A DNA stretch of 64,000 nt from an uncultured virus (IMG/VR IMGVR_UViG_3300017642_000092) (Duplodnaviria; Heunggongvirae; Uroviricota; Caudoviricetes). A program made the position numbers and the translations under genes. Below are positions 19,401 through 28,255 of the stretch, piece after piece; position 1 is the stretch's first letter, and the number at the start of each line of letters is the position of its first letter. The notes beneath the pieces were generated by a model, which saw only the letters and a program-made list of their open reading frames with translations, did not search any database and was not told the origin of the DNA. The stretch lies in the IMG/VR virus record IMGVR_UViG_3300017642_000092; one strand, 5' to 3'.

Positions 19401-19522
19401 AGGGCTTGTTCATAGACAAGAGCAGCGGTTATAAAGCCGAGCTATACAAGCATACCGACCCGCCGCAAAAGCTCGCCCGATACTTTTTCTTCCCGGATTT
19501 CTTTGAATATGAGGTACAGTAA
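16436..19522 (+). CDS. Large hypothetical protein, DruH-like partner of the DUF1998 helicase
   Basis: 1028 aa with a helical N-terminal region (FWAYIAEQFG) and a beta-rich C-terminus. Lies 12 bp upstream of the helicase gene. Confidence 0.6.
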   Translation: MWHIPINATEHSLLYATETFEQFEGLLQFFEKLDNEENDAWWEKLANDIGRSDSADLFETERYSDRDYDDEYSEVTAEEQDGKPKETVIIMEATTATDLDAEATFEIERDMRISLRSQRGGKLSVQDYVEGIAARYPLLGAAVLEENSRKAIEKTALQAIRILLEHNKVYNWAYLSIFLTMIQYTKVWDRGDNAGFWAYIAEQFGYKDSQSMYSVLTTSVKEACRGYNRFFVVDPNGDNNYYSTVLAHSISPNKSVFALFDFLVKFYKNNLDCSVYEGDPAIGRMVGVLRDRCNGASVEQDDDIRGNVYGIQVGMRVLLTTRPGYMRHFLTKVLQKIGFLLDGNELSGKDYVDEVLTQWYIGKLLEPATSATTSVKRSTPTHKRTTEIAFSYGKIKVEYILDDDGEPAIRIPSIRLASRENPVLRIYSNTDMIYQITIGIYGNDYAATSEETIVPLSDISDADFIRLNAEIKIDGKEIYTSGNSLNVTALLFKDSKLQTGKTIDGGNYVLFAPKAVNIKFQGNVERERRSYFAQLINIYIQGEVSVFADGRLLFCSRPPEGSLRFRLQQGQVEYVVRGIAYPLFSRNEFSVTAIGVFDGKNVTATTQSGEKLIIQSRDTNLCQFSLPAENGGYTITLTDENTGRVFDEARFYIVDNYSVAFDSDYYLESAEDGNVVFEVDSQKYELSLMGFTLKVKIPVGNGDIQIQIPRIRLLLDGNPLPTEAVWKGEISPSSTLRVLCPETVALSLSFANSTMPRRSIMGGFDYAIGNAVQAYDGDANKCSVNLHVAGDNLRMLDVVFKMSLTEPPQFNLTESTLTWLNSHSFMGDKSTRLKFVFKPRYGEAVALTIGQGEKILSEDFPTISEWYRYQVIAQIDTAFGVSETKLAEGTVIFGDKFAVIFRGEILRIEKVLLDGEPIEIKPVYADEITYVGIENLGYTDLSGDYAHYTAKLFFKTMNDDVYFRDLNPVDIYLVNEKAGRLHISFNDGEGLFIDKSSGYKAELYKHTDPPQKLARYFFFPDFFEYEVQ

Positions 19523-19534
19523 GGAGATGCGCTA

Positions 19535-22500
19535 ATGCTTAATCCAGTAATCCTGTCAAGAGCAATTAAGGACACATTTGCCGACTATGTAGCGACAACG
19601 CTGTCCATAGCGGACGAGCGATACGCCGAACTACTAAAAACAGAGTTGCGGAAAGACGGCATCATAGCTAAGGGCCCATACCTGGAACTCGGCGATGCCT
19701 ACAAAACAGGTGCAACCATCCGCGAGTTGATTGCCGACGGTGTAATGACTCCTTTATTTGAAAAGTTCGGGTGGGGTTTCAAACTCAGCCGTCCGCTCTA
19801 TGTCCACCAAGAAAAAGCAGTCCGCGCCGCCGCTAACGGCGACAACATAATTGTCACTACGGGAACCGGTTCAGGTAAGACGGAGTGCTTCTTAATGCCT
19901 ATCGTGAATGCTCTCTTGCGTGAGCAGGAAACGGCAGGGCACCTTGACGACAGTGTGAGGGCGATTGTCATTTATCCGATGAATGCCTTGATTAACGACC
20001 AAGTGAAGCGTCTGCGTGAAATATTCGTAGACAGCGATATCACATTCGGTGTGTATAACGGCAATACCGAGCAAACCGAAAAAGCCGGGCGGATAAAATA
20101 CCGTACTACATATGGCTTTGAACCTATGCCAAACGAGCGGGTGTCCCGTGACATAATGCGTGAAAAACCGCCGCACATCCTTATCACAAACTACTCAATG
20201 CTCGAATATATGTGTATTCGCCCGAACGACGACGCCGTATTCCGTAACGCAAAATTGAAGTTCGTAGTTTTGGACGAGGCTCATGTTTATAAAGGAGCAA
20301 CAGGCATTGAAGCCTCTATGCTCGTTCGCCGCGTGGAAACGAGGTTGACCGAGGAGGGGCAAAGTCCGCAGTATATTTTGACAAGCGCAACGCTCGGCGA
20401 TGAAAGCAGCGACCCACAGATTTTTGCTTTCGGCGAAAGGCTCTGCGGACACTCTTTCCAGTCGATCGTTCGTTCAATACCAATTAAACACAGCGTTCCG
20501 GAATCCACCCGCACACTGTCATCTGAGGAAATAGCGGCGTTGAAAGACCTCGCAGATGAAAATCTGTTTGATATTTGTAACGGAAGCACGCAGTATCATA
20601 AAATTCGCGCTATTGCAAACGAACCGCTTACTCTTGCTGAGATTGCGGAAAAGACGGGTATGCCGGAAGGCGAACTGGTCACTTTTGTCGCAGCTTGCGT
20701 CCGCGCTACCGATGGGAATGGCGTACCGCTTGTGAGAGCCAGATATCACCTCTTTGTCCGTGCGCTTGAAGGTGCGTATATTACGCTTACCCAGCCATAT
20801 TCTGTGTCACTCATTCCCGCAACGGAGATTAATGGGCAGATGGTGTTTGAATGCGCCACCTGCACGGATTGTGGACGCCTTGCCATTATCGGTGTGAACG
20901 ACAAAAAAAGTGGGAAGCTGAGACTCCCCGAAAACAGCACCGACCCCAACGCCGAGTATTTCCTCTTGGAAGATGAAGAAGAAGGCGTAATGACCGACGA
21001 CGAGACGGAAACACCTCCTGATGAGTATTTAGTCTGTGCCAAATGCGGCACCATCAAGCATATAGGAGACAAGAACATTTGCGACTGTATGGACGAGTTC
21101 GGCGTCAAGGTTACAAAGGCACAGAAAAGCAAAGAGAGCGGAATCGTTCGCTGTCCGGCTTGTTCCTACGGCGAACTACGTCAATTCTACCTTGGCAGCG
21201 AAGCGGCCACCGCTGTTCTCGCTACCGCCTTGTATGAGAATATGCCAAGTGAAAAAACACGGCAGTTCCTGTGCTTTTCCGATAGCCGAGGCGACGCCGC
21301 TTTCTTTGCTCCTTACATGGAGCGAACCTATAGAGACTTCCTGCGCCGGCGCGGGATATGGTATGTTGCCGAACAGCACCGCGAAGAATTACAATGTGAA
21401 CCGTGGACACTGGGAACATTTGCTGATGAACTCGCGCGATATTTTGATGTAAACAAGACCTTTGCGGTTCTCGGCAAAGATGAGACCTTGGCACCCATCA
21501 GCAGACGCAACGCATGGATTGCTCTAATCAGCGAGATGTATTCCGCCCGCCGTCCCAGCAGTCTGACGTCGTTGGGTGCAGTTTCAATTATGCCGGCCTG
21601 CAATGCAAAATTCGCTCCTGCATTTGCCGCCAAATATAATTTGACCACAGAGGAGGCGAAGGCGTTACTCGACTTGCTGTTAATGGATGTGGTATTCCAT
21701 GGAGCGATTCAAGAGCCGTCCAAAACACCACTTGACGGCGAGGACTTGGAGATGATTTTTTACTCGTCCACCAGAAAGCTTCTCGTTCGTTGCAAAACAG
21801 GCAAAGAGTCGGCAAACACTATGGGTTGGCTTCCGCGGACACAGAAAAACGGACGGTTTTACGCTAATGGCCGTATACGACGCCTTGTATCCGCATTGGG
21901 CGTTACGGAAGAGGAGGCATATAAAATTGCCGAAGACTATTTCATGCTTCTCACCGAAAACGATGTAATGAAAACGCAGAAAGGCCGGGGCGATGGTCGT
22001 TTCCTTTCGGTTGAGGACTTTGTCATATCTGTGCCGAGCGAAACCAATCTCTATATTTGCGATATGTGCGGTCGTGTTACGGTTATGAACTTCAAAGACC
22101 GATGTGCCTACCCCCGGTGCAACGGGAGACTTATTGCCGTATCCCCTGAAAAGCTTCAGGCGAATAATCACTATGCCAGTTTGTATTCAAAAGACGACCT
22201 TGAGCCGTTCTATATCCGCGAACATACCGCGCAAATTGAGAAGAACAATGCCCGCAGGTATCAGGAGCAATTCCTTAATGGCGAAATAAACGCCCTAAGC
22301 TGCTCGACAACCTTTGAAATGGGTGTCGATATCGGATCTTTAGAGTCAATCTTTCTCCGCAACACACCTCCGTCCCCGGCAAACTATGTTCAAAGAGCAG
22401 GTCGTGCTGGTCGTGATTTACGCTCGGCGGCATTTACGTTGACCTATGCAAAATTGTCATCCCATGATATTACATTTTTCGGTCGCCCGACAGAAATGAT

Positions 22501-24055
22501 TTCCGGCAAAATAAAAGCCCCTGCTTTTGAAATCAGGAATGTGAAAATTGTTCTGCGGCATATCTACGCCGTGGCGATCTCGCATTTCTTCAGCCAGAAT
22601 ACCGATGTTTACAACAGTAATGATGCAGACATATTCCTTAATGGTAATGGATATGAGCGGCTTTGCGAATTTCTTCATGAGAAACCTACCGTGGTCCAGG
22701 AATATCTTCATAGGTGTATTCCCACAGAATTATGCGAAGTGCTTGGTGTTGATACATTCTCGTGGGTTGAACAGTTAATTGGTGAGGACGGCACGCTTGC
22801 TATTGCCGTGAATGACTTCCGTGACCTCACGGCTTGGTTTGCAGAGCAAATTGATATTGCCGCAAAGGAAAAGCGGTATCAGGATGCCGCACGCTTTGAG
22901 CGGCTTCTTAAAGACCACCGCCGCTCCACAACTGAAGGAGACGGTTATAAAAAGACGGATTTGATTGACTTCCTCGTGCATTCGGGCGCTTTGCCTAAAT
23001 ATGGCTTCCCTGTGGATGTTGTAGAACTGAAGCCAAACTTGCTAAACGACACAAAGCAGAATGTTGAGCTTCAGCGAGACCTCCAGCTTGGCATATCGGA
23101 ATACGCTCCCGGAGCGGAGGTAGTCGCCGACGGCAATATTTATCGTAGTCGCTACATAGCGAAAGACCGCCGAAAGACCGCTGACTGGGAGATTTATTAC
23201 ACCGCTGAATGCCCGCAATGCCGGGTTATCAACTTCAGTAAGAAACCGGTTGAAAGTGCGCCTTGTGTGGCTTGCGGTACTACCATAGACAGCGGTTGGA
23301 AAAAGAATATCGAACCAAGGAAGGGCTTTATCGTTGGCAACGACCCAAACGACATTGTCCCAGCCGGAAGCCGGAAGCCGCGAAAGTATCACCGTGGTGA
23401 CATCATCTACTTGGGAGATGCAGAGCGCCACGAACTTGGGCGAAGCACCTTCTATTTCGGCGAGCATCAAGTTGTGCTTCAGTCCACCGCAAACGACTCT
23501 CTGATGATAAGCTGTGACACGGAGTTTAATGTCTGTAGCTGCTGCGGCTTTGCAAAGAGCCGTAAGGAATCGAAGAATTACAGCTTTATTGTCGAAGAGA
23601 AGCACAAAACCCCATATGGGCGAGAATGCTCAAATACAAAGCTGTATCCATACAAGCTATCGCATATTTTCAAAACGGACGTTGTCCAACTGACGTTTTC
23701 TGACAATGCCGATTTTGGGACTATTCTTTCCGTGATGTACGCCCTTCTTAGAGCTACCTCACAGGTTCTGGACATAGAAAGTACCGACATCAACGGATGC
23801 CTTTACGCTTCGAACGGTAATATCCAGTATTCAATTATTCTCTATGACAGCGTTCCCGGCGGAGCAGGTCACATACACCGTTTAGCCGCAGATGAGAGCA
23901 TATTCCAGAGCGTTGTCCGCAAGGCATACGAAATCTGTTCAGAATGCAAATGCTCGCCGTCTTGCTACAAGTGTCTCCGCGACTACTATAATCAGGAGTG
24001 GCACCGTGTGCTGAACAGGAGTGCGGCAGCGGAGTTTTTGAAACAGTACCTATGA
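19535..24055 (+). CDS. SF2 DEAH helicase with Zn fingers and C-terminal DUF1998 (DruE-like)
   Basis: TGTGSGKTE, YPMNALINDQ, DEAH, SAT, TTFEMGVDIG and QRAGRAGR. C-terminal YDSVPGGAG...CKC-x3-CYKC. Confidence 0.88.
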   Translation: MLNPVILSRAIKDTFADYVATTLSIADERYAELLKTELRKDGIIAKGPYLELGDAYKTGATIRELIADGVMTPLFEKFGWGFKLSRPLYVHQEKAVRAAANGDNIIVTTGTGSGKTECFLMPIVNALLREQETAGHLDDSVRAIVIYPMNALINDQVKRLREIFVDSDITFGVYNGNTEQTEKAGRIKYRTTYGFEPMPNERVSRDIMREKPPHILITNYSMLEYMCIRPNDDAVFRNAKLKFVVLDEAHVYKGATGIEASMLVRRVETRLTEEGQSPQYILTSATLGDESSDPQIFAFGERLCGHSFQSIVRSIPIKHSVPESTRTLSSEEIAALKDLADENLFDICNGSTQYHKIRAIANEPLTLAEIAEKTGMPEGELVTFVAACVRATDGNGVPLVRARYHLFVRALEGAYITLTQPYSVSLIPATEINGQMVFECATCTDCGRLAIIGVNDKKSGKLRLPENSTDPNAEYFLLEDEEEGVMTDDETETPPDEYLVCAKCGTIKHIGDKNICDCMDEFGVKVTKAQKSKESGIVRCPACSYGELRQFYLGSEAATAVLATALYENMPSEKTRQFLCFSDSRGDAAFFAPYMERTYRDFLRRRGIWYVAEQHREELQCEPWTLGTFADELARYFDVNKTFAVLGKDETLAPISRRNAWIALISEMYSARRPSSLTSLGAVSIMPACNAKFAPAFAAKYNLTTEEAKALLDLLLMDVVFHGAIQEPSKTPLDGEDLEMIFYSSTRKLLVRCKTGKESANTMGWLPRTQKNGRFYANGRIRRLVSALGVTEEEAYKIAEDYFMLLTENDVMKTQKGRGDGRFLSVEDFVISVPSETNLYICDMCGRVTVMNFKDRCAYPRCNGRLIAVSPEKLQANNHYASLYSKDDLEPFYIREHTAQIEKNNARRYQEQFLNGEINALSCSTTFEMGVDIGSLESIFLRNTPPSPANYVQRAGRAGRDLRSAAFTLTYAKLSSHDITFFGRPTEMISGKIKAPAFEIRNVKIVLRHIYAVAISHFFSQNTDVYNSNDADIFLNGNGYERLCEFLHEKPTVVQEYLHRCIPTELCEVLGVDTFSWVEQLIGEDGTLAIAVNDFRDLTAWFAEQIDIAAKEKRYQDAARFERLLKDHRRSTTEGDGYKKTDLIDFLVHSGALPKYGFPVDVVELKPNLLNDTKQNVELQRDLQLGISEYAPGAEVVADGNIYRSRYIAKDRRKTADWEIYYTAECPQCRVINFSKKPVESAPCVACGTTIDSGWKKNIEPRKGFIVGNDPNDIVPAGSRKPRKYHRGDIIYLGDAERHELGRSTFYFGEHQVVLQSTANDSLMISCDTEFNVCSCCGFAKSRKESKNYSFIVEEKHKTPYGRECSNTKLYPYKLSHIFKTDVVQLTFSDNADFGTILSVMYALLRATSQVLDIESTDINGCLYASNGNIQYSIILYDSVPGGAGHIHRLAADESIFQSVVRKAYEICSECKCSPSCYKCLRDYYNQEWHRVLNRSAAAEFLKQYL

Positions 24056-24325
24056 AATGAGATATCAAATGGCAACTGGATTACAAAGCCTGTAGATACA
24101 CACTACCGCTTTAGATTTATACTTGCGCTGATGAAACCTAAACCAGCGCAAAAGATTTATCCGGCAAATGCACCCTGTATCAAAATTATCAGCCTTTGCC
24201 ACTCCGTGAAAAAGGATACAATGACTCGAAAGGTATGGTGTTGCAACCGCAATCTCGAAAATGCAACTGTAAATATCGTGTAAGACCTAACGAGTTATTG
24301 TATTCTGTGGCGGGTACGGAGGCAT

Positions 24326-24374
24326 ATAAGAACGCTAATTTTGATACGGTGAGTGTCAACATTAGCGTTCTTAT
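24326..24374. repeat. 22-bp inverted repeat with a 5-bp core; candidate att site of prophage B
   Basis: ATAAGAACGCTAATTTTGATAC-ggtga-GTGTCAACATTAGCGTTCTTAT (2 mismatches), about 200 bp downstream of the recombinases. Confidence 0.55.
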
Positions 24375-24511
24375 TTTATGCCCGAAAAGCCTGTATTTAC
24401 GGGATTTTTTGCATTTTTGGACTTGTGCCGCCGTCTTGGCAACATAAAAAATACACCCTGCCGCCGAGCAATTTTGCCGTTTTTCATACCTTCGCAGAAC
24501 GATTTGTGGGA

Positions 24512-24561
24512 GGGGTGCAAAATCTCGGAGGGGGGTGCATTTTTTCATTTAGGGGGGTGCA
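24512..24561. repeat. Three GGGGTGCA direct repeats at 20-22-bp spacing
   Basis: Copies at 24512, 24532 and 24554, directly after the recombinase stop codon. Confidence 0.7.
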
Positions 24562-24580
24562 AATGGTAAAAAAAGAGAGG

Positions 24581-26167
24581 TCAAGCCTTACAGCCAACCT
24601 CAATCTCCGTACCGTTTTTGAACTCGAATACCATTCTGCCATCATGGAAAACCGTAGCTTTTTCCAGCAGTCCGACCCATAGCCTTTCGTTCCAGACTTC
24701 GAGAACGAGGGGCTGTTCTTTTATGGACTCGATGAAAAGTCGCAGCTCACGGTCGCGGTCTTGTTTTCGCGTTCGCTTGGCGTTCATTTCGTCAACCCGC
24801 TTGTTGGCTTTTTCATACCGCTTAACCAAAGCATTGTATTTCTTGGTGTATTCCTCTTGTGACTGTGCCGCCGAAGCGTTCTCCTTTACACAAGCTTTGA
24901 CCATCTCGGCGACTACCTCGATTTCTTCCGTCAGCCTGTCTATCTCAGTGTCCAGAGCCGTGCAATCTGATAGTGTCTGGCGCATCAGTTCGCAGTCACT
25001 GATGATACCGTTGCGGTTTTCCATCAGGTGGTTGTAGGCTATCAGGAACTTTTGCTGTATTGTTTCCGTGTCAAGGTGCGGCGTGGCACATTTCTTTTCA
25101 CCCTTGAATTTACTGTTGCAGCGCCATATCACCTTGCGGTATGCGTCGGTGGAATGCCAGACCTTCTGCCCGAAGAAGCTGCCACAGTCGCCGCAGACCA
25201 GCTTGGACGAGAACACACTGTTGCCGCTATACGCTCTGCCGAGCGTCTTTCGGCGGGCAATCTCCGCCTGCACCATGTCCCATTCGGTAGGGCTGATGAT
25301 GGCTTCGTGGCTGTGCTCCACATAATACTGTGGAACTTCACCCTCGTTGGTCTTCATCTTTTTCATCAAAAAGTCTACTGTAAACCGCTTCTGCAAAAGC
25401 GCATCGCCCTTGTATTTTTCGTTGGAGAGCATACTGTTCACCGTGGTTTGGCTCCACTTCTGTTTGCCGGATGGCGTGGGAACACCCTGTGCATCAAGGT
25501 AGCGGCAAATCCCTGCCGGCGTCTTGCCCTCAAGGAAAAGTCGGTAAATGAGCCGGACAATGGCGGCTTCATCCTCATTCACAATCGGGGTGCCGTCTTC
25601 GCCTTTTTCATAGCCGAGAAACTGCTTGTATGGCATACTGACCTTTCCGTCAGCAAAACGCTTCCGCTGTCCCCATGTGACATTCTCCGAAATAGAGCGA
25701 CTTTCTTCCTGCGCAAGGCTGGACATTATCGTGATGAGCAGTTCGCCCTTGCTGTCGAAGGTGTATATATTTTCTTTTTCAAAATAAATCTCCGTGCCGT
25801 GCTCCTTCAGTTTGCGGACGGTTGTCAGGCTGTCCACGGTGTTGCGGGCAAAACGGCTGACGGACTTGGTAACGATGAGGTCAATCTTACCGTCAAGTGC
25901 GTCCTGAACCATCTGTTTGAAACCGTCTCGGTGTTTGGTGTTCGTGGCCGAGATGCCTTCATCAGTGTAAACCTTGACGAACTCCCAGTCATCACGAGCT
26001 TGTATGAACTTTGTGTAATAGTCAATTTGCGCTTCATAGCTGGTGAACTGCTCATCACTGTCCGTGGAAACGCGGGCATATCCAGCAGTGCGCCGCTTGG
26101 CGATGGATGCTGTCGGCAGCGCCGTAAACTTGTTTTTTGTAGCAGGTATCGTCGTTACTCTTGGCAT
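24581..26167 (-). CDS. Large serine recombinase 2
   Basis: YARVST catalytic Ser, KSVSRFARN, recombinase domain, CGDCG Zn ribbon and coiled coil. Confidence 0.93.
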   Translation of the reverse strand: MPRVTTIPATKNKFTALPTASIAKRRTAGYARVSTDSDEQFTSYEAQIDYYTKFIQARDDWEFVKVYTDEGISATNTKHRDGFKQMVQDALDGKIDLIVTKSVSRFARNTVDSLTTVRKLKEHGTEIYFEKENIYTFDSKGELLITIMSSLAQEESRSISENVTWGQRKRFADGKVSMPYKQFLGYEKGEDGTPIVNEDEAAIVRLIYRLFLEGKTPAGICRYLDAQGVPTPSGKQKWSQTTVNSMLSNEKYKGDALLQKRFTVDFLMKKMKTNEGEVPQYYVEHSHEAIISPTEWDMVQAEIARRKTLGRAYSGNSVFSSKLVCGDCGSFFGQKVWHSTDAYRKVIWRCNSKFKGEKKCATPHLDTETIQQKFLIAYNHLMENRNGIISDCELMRQTLSDCTALDTEIDRLTEEIEVVAEMVKACVKENASAAQSQEEYTKKYNALVKRYEKANKRVDEMNAKRTRKQDRDRELRLFIESIKEQPLVLEVWNERLWVGLLEKATVFHDGRMVFEFKNGTEIEVGCKA

Positions 26168-27465
26168 TGTGTTTTCCTCCTTTGGCTGCGTGTCCTTTCT
26201 GCGGCGGCTTGCCGCATTTCCGGTGTCCAGCTTTCCTGCCGTGAGCGGTCCATCCATGTGCTTGTAACGGTTCTGCCATCCTTAAAAATGAAGCGCAGGT
26301 GATTGTCCTCCGGCACCTCGATACGCTCAATCATTACGCTGAAAGCGGTTGAACTGTAATCACCCGTGCCGAGCACCTCGGCGCATACGGCTTTCAATGT
26401 AGCTTCTGGTATCTTTTTCCCGTGGCAGACTGCCTTGCCCTGCGAAAGATAAGTGGAGCAATTCCAGCCGACCGAGCCGTTGCTGGTGTTCCGCTTGTAG
26501 GCTTTTCCACAGAACGGGCAGTGGATTTTGCCTGTGAACTCACTTTTCTGTGGGCGGGGTCTGTCCCTATTGGCTTCGCGTAGCTTTAATAAAACCGACT
26601 GTGCCGCATCGAAGGTGTCCTTGTCGATGATGGCAGGATGCGTTCCCTCGGCGTAGAACATAGGAAGCTCGCCGGTATTCCGGCACAGCCTCTTCTCCAG
26701 ATGATTGTTGCGATACCGCTTCTGAAGCATGGCGTTTCCAGTGTATTTCTCGTTGCCAACGGTTTCTCGAATACGCTGTGCGCACCATTTGCCGCCGAGC
26801 GCACAAGTGAAGCCTCTGCCATTCAAATCTCTACTGATAGCGCCGAAACTCTCTCCGTCTATGACACGGGCGAATATCTCACGGACAACTGGCGCGGTTT
26901 CCTCATCAATTTCCATGCCGTCCTTTGAAATTCGGTATCCAAACAGGAATCGCCAGTTGAGCAGCTCCCCGTTTTCAAAGCCTTTGCGGATGCGCCATTT
27001 CTGGTTTTCACTTGTGGACAGGCTTTCCTCCTGCGCGTAGGACGCGAGGATTGTAAGCATCAGCTCACCCTCGGCGCTCATGGTGTGTATGTTCTGCTCC
27101 TCGAAAAAAACGTCCACCTCCAACGCTTTCAGTTCACGGACGGTTTCGAGCAGCGTCACCGTGTTCCGGGCAAAGCGGGAAATGGACTTTGTCAGTATCA
27201 TATTCACCTTACCGGCGCGGCAGTCCGAGAGCAGCTTTTGAAAACCGTCTCGGTTCTCCTTTGTGCCTGTCAGAGCTTCGTCTGAGTAAACACCAGCATA
27301 CATCCACCCCTCGTGTCCTTGAATCATTTTGCTGTAGTAGCTTACCTGTGAAGAAAGCGAGTGAAGCATTGCGTCCTTGCCCGTGGAAACGCGGGCGTAT
27401 GCAGCTACCTTTTTCTGCACCGCCAGCCTCGGCTTTTGCGGCACTTTACTTACTGTTCTTGGCAT
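26155..27465 (-). CDS. Large serine recombinase 1 (short, lacks the coiled coil)
   Basis: YARVST, KSISRFARN and CPFCG Zn ribbon. Confidence 0.92.
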   Translation of the reverse strand: MPRTVSKVPQKPRLAVQKKVAAYARVSTGKDAMLHSLSSQVSYYSKMIQGHEGWMYAGVYSDEALTGTKENRDGFQKLLSDCRAGKVNMILTKSISRFARNTVTLLETVRELKALEVDVFFEEQNIHTMSAEGELMLTILASYAQEESLSTSENQKWRIRKGFENGELLNWRFLFGYRISKDGMEIDEETAPVVREIFARVIDGESFGAISRDLNGRGFTCALGGKWCAQRIRETVGNEKYTGNAMLQKRYRNNHLEKRLCRNTGELPMFYAEGTHPAIIDKDTFDAAQSVLLKLREANRDRPRPQKSEFTGKIHCPFCGKAYKRNTSNGSVGWNCSTYLSQGKAVCHGKKIPEATLKAVCAEVLGTGDYSSTAFSVMIERIEVPEDNHLRFIFKDGRTVTSTWMDRSRQESWTPEMRQAAAERTRSQRRKTQCQE

Positions 27466-27686
27466 TTTGTCACCTCCTCGTAGTGTGACATATTACCTCT
27501 GGTGCCACCGCATAGCAAGTCATTCTCGCGGAATAAACTACACGAACATAAGCTGTATTTTTCAGCCATCATTGTATCAATTATGGCGTACTCTTCGGCG
27601 GTAATTATCCCTTTTGAGAGCATAACCCCCGCCTGTGCCATCGCTGATTTATAGCCGAGAACACCGGCGAAGAAGTCCTCATTCAT
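27450..27686 (-). CDS. SHOCT-like small protein of the recombinase cluster
   Basis: MLSKGIITAEEY motif. Overlaps both neighbours. Confidence 0.7.
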   Translation of the reverse strand: MNEDFFAGVLGYKSAMAQAGVMLSKGIITAEEYAIIDTMMAEKYSLCSCSLFRENDLLCGGTRGNMSHYEEVTKCQEQ

Positions 27687-28089
27687 CGCCATCACGCACC
27701 TTACCGAAACGAGCGGTGATATAGCATTCATGGGAACAATACTTTTGGCGATGATTGCCTATGCTCTCAAAATCGGCACCACAGTACTGACACACGAGGT
27801 GATAGACGGATTTTGGGTATGTTTTATAATGATGCGCTTTCCACCACGCTGTTCGGCATTTGTCGGAGCAGAATATACGAGACTTGCTCTTTTTATTTAT
27901 CGGAATAGACGCACCGCACTGCTTGCATAAAAGAGCAGCACTTTGAGAAGCAGTCCGCAGCTTGTTCCGCTGGCAGAATGATTTCACTGTATTTTTTGAT
28001 ATAGAAAGCAGCGTGGCGATTTTCGAGTAGCCGCATCCTTGTTGGCGCAGCTCATATATTTGCTCTTTTTGTGCGTCCGTCATTCTCAT
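27679..28089 (-). CDS. HTH (sigma region-4-like) plus Zn-finger DNA-binding protein
   Basis: GYSKIATLLSISKNTVKSFC, CKQCG, FCSDKC, CQYCG and YCSHEC. Confidence 0.8.
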   Translation of the reverse strand: MRMTDAQKEQIYELRQQGCGYSKIATLLSISKNTVKSFCQRNKLRTASQSAALLCKQCGASIPINKKSKSRIFCSDKCRTAWWKAHHYKTYPKSVYHLVCQYCGADFESIGNHRQKYCSHECYITARFGKVRDGDE

Positions 28090-28115
28090 TCCTCCAGTCC
28101 GAGAACTCCCGTCCT

Positions 28116-28152
28116 CACTTCCCACTGGAGATGAGCGGTGCTGTTTGACGAA
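28116..28152 (-). promoter_or_regulatory. 37-bp repeated motif copy 1 (putative element-sigma promoter)
   Basis: TTCGTCAAAC-N6-GCTCATCTCCAGTGGGAAGTG. 33/37 identical to 59742-59778. Confidence 0.7.
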
Positions 28153-28167
28153 AAAGAGCAAAAAATT

Positions 28168-28200
28168 AAGCCCACCGAAGAAAAAATCCTCGATGGGCTT
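28168..28200 (-). terminator. Probable intrinsic terminator after the lysin gene
   Basis: AAGCCCA...TGGGCTT stem followed by a T-rich tract on the minus strand. Confidence 0.55.
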
Positions 28201-28255
28201 AAACTGCAGGTCAATAACTTGACCGCCGGTTTATTGTTTTAAATGTATCCACCTG

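Noticed and set aside
16436..24055. DISARM or BREX assignment for the helicase locus
   Set aside because: The helicase and DUF1998 are fused, and no drmC/drmD/drmM or pglZ/brxC genes are present. A Druantia-like assignment fits better.
24056..24570. Short ORFs between the helicase and the recombinase
   Set aside because: No RBS or recognisable motifs. The region is better explained as att and repeat DNA.
25028..26302. 424-aa plus-strand ORF
   Set aside because: Antisense shadow of the serine recombinase, with no motifs or RBS.
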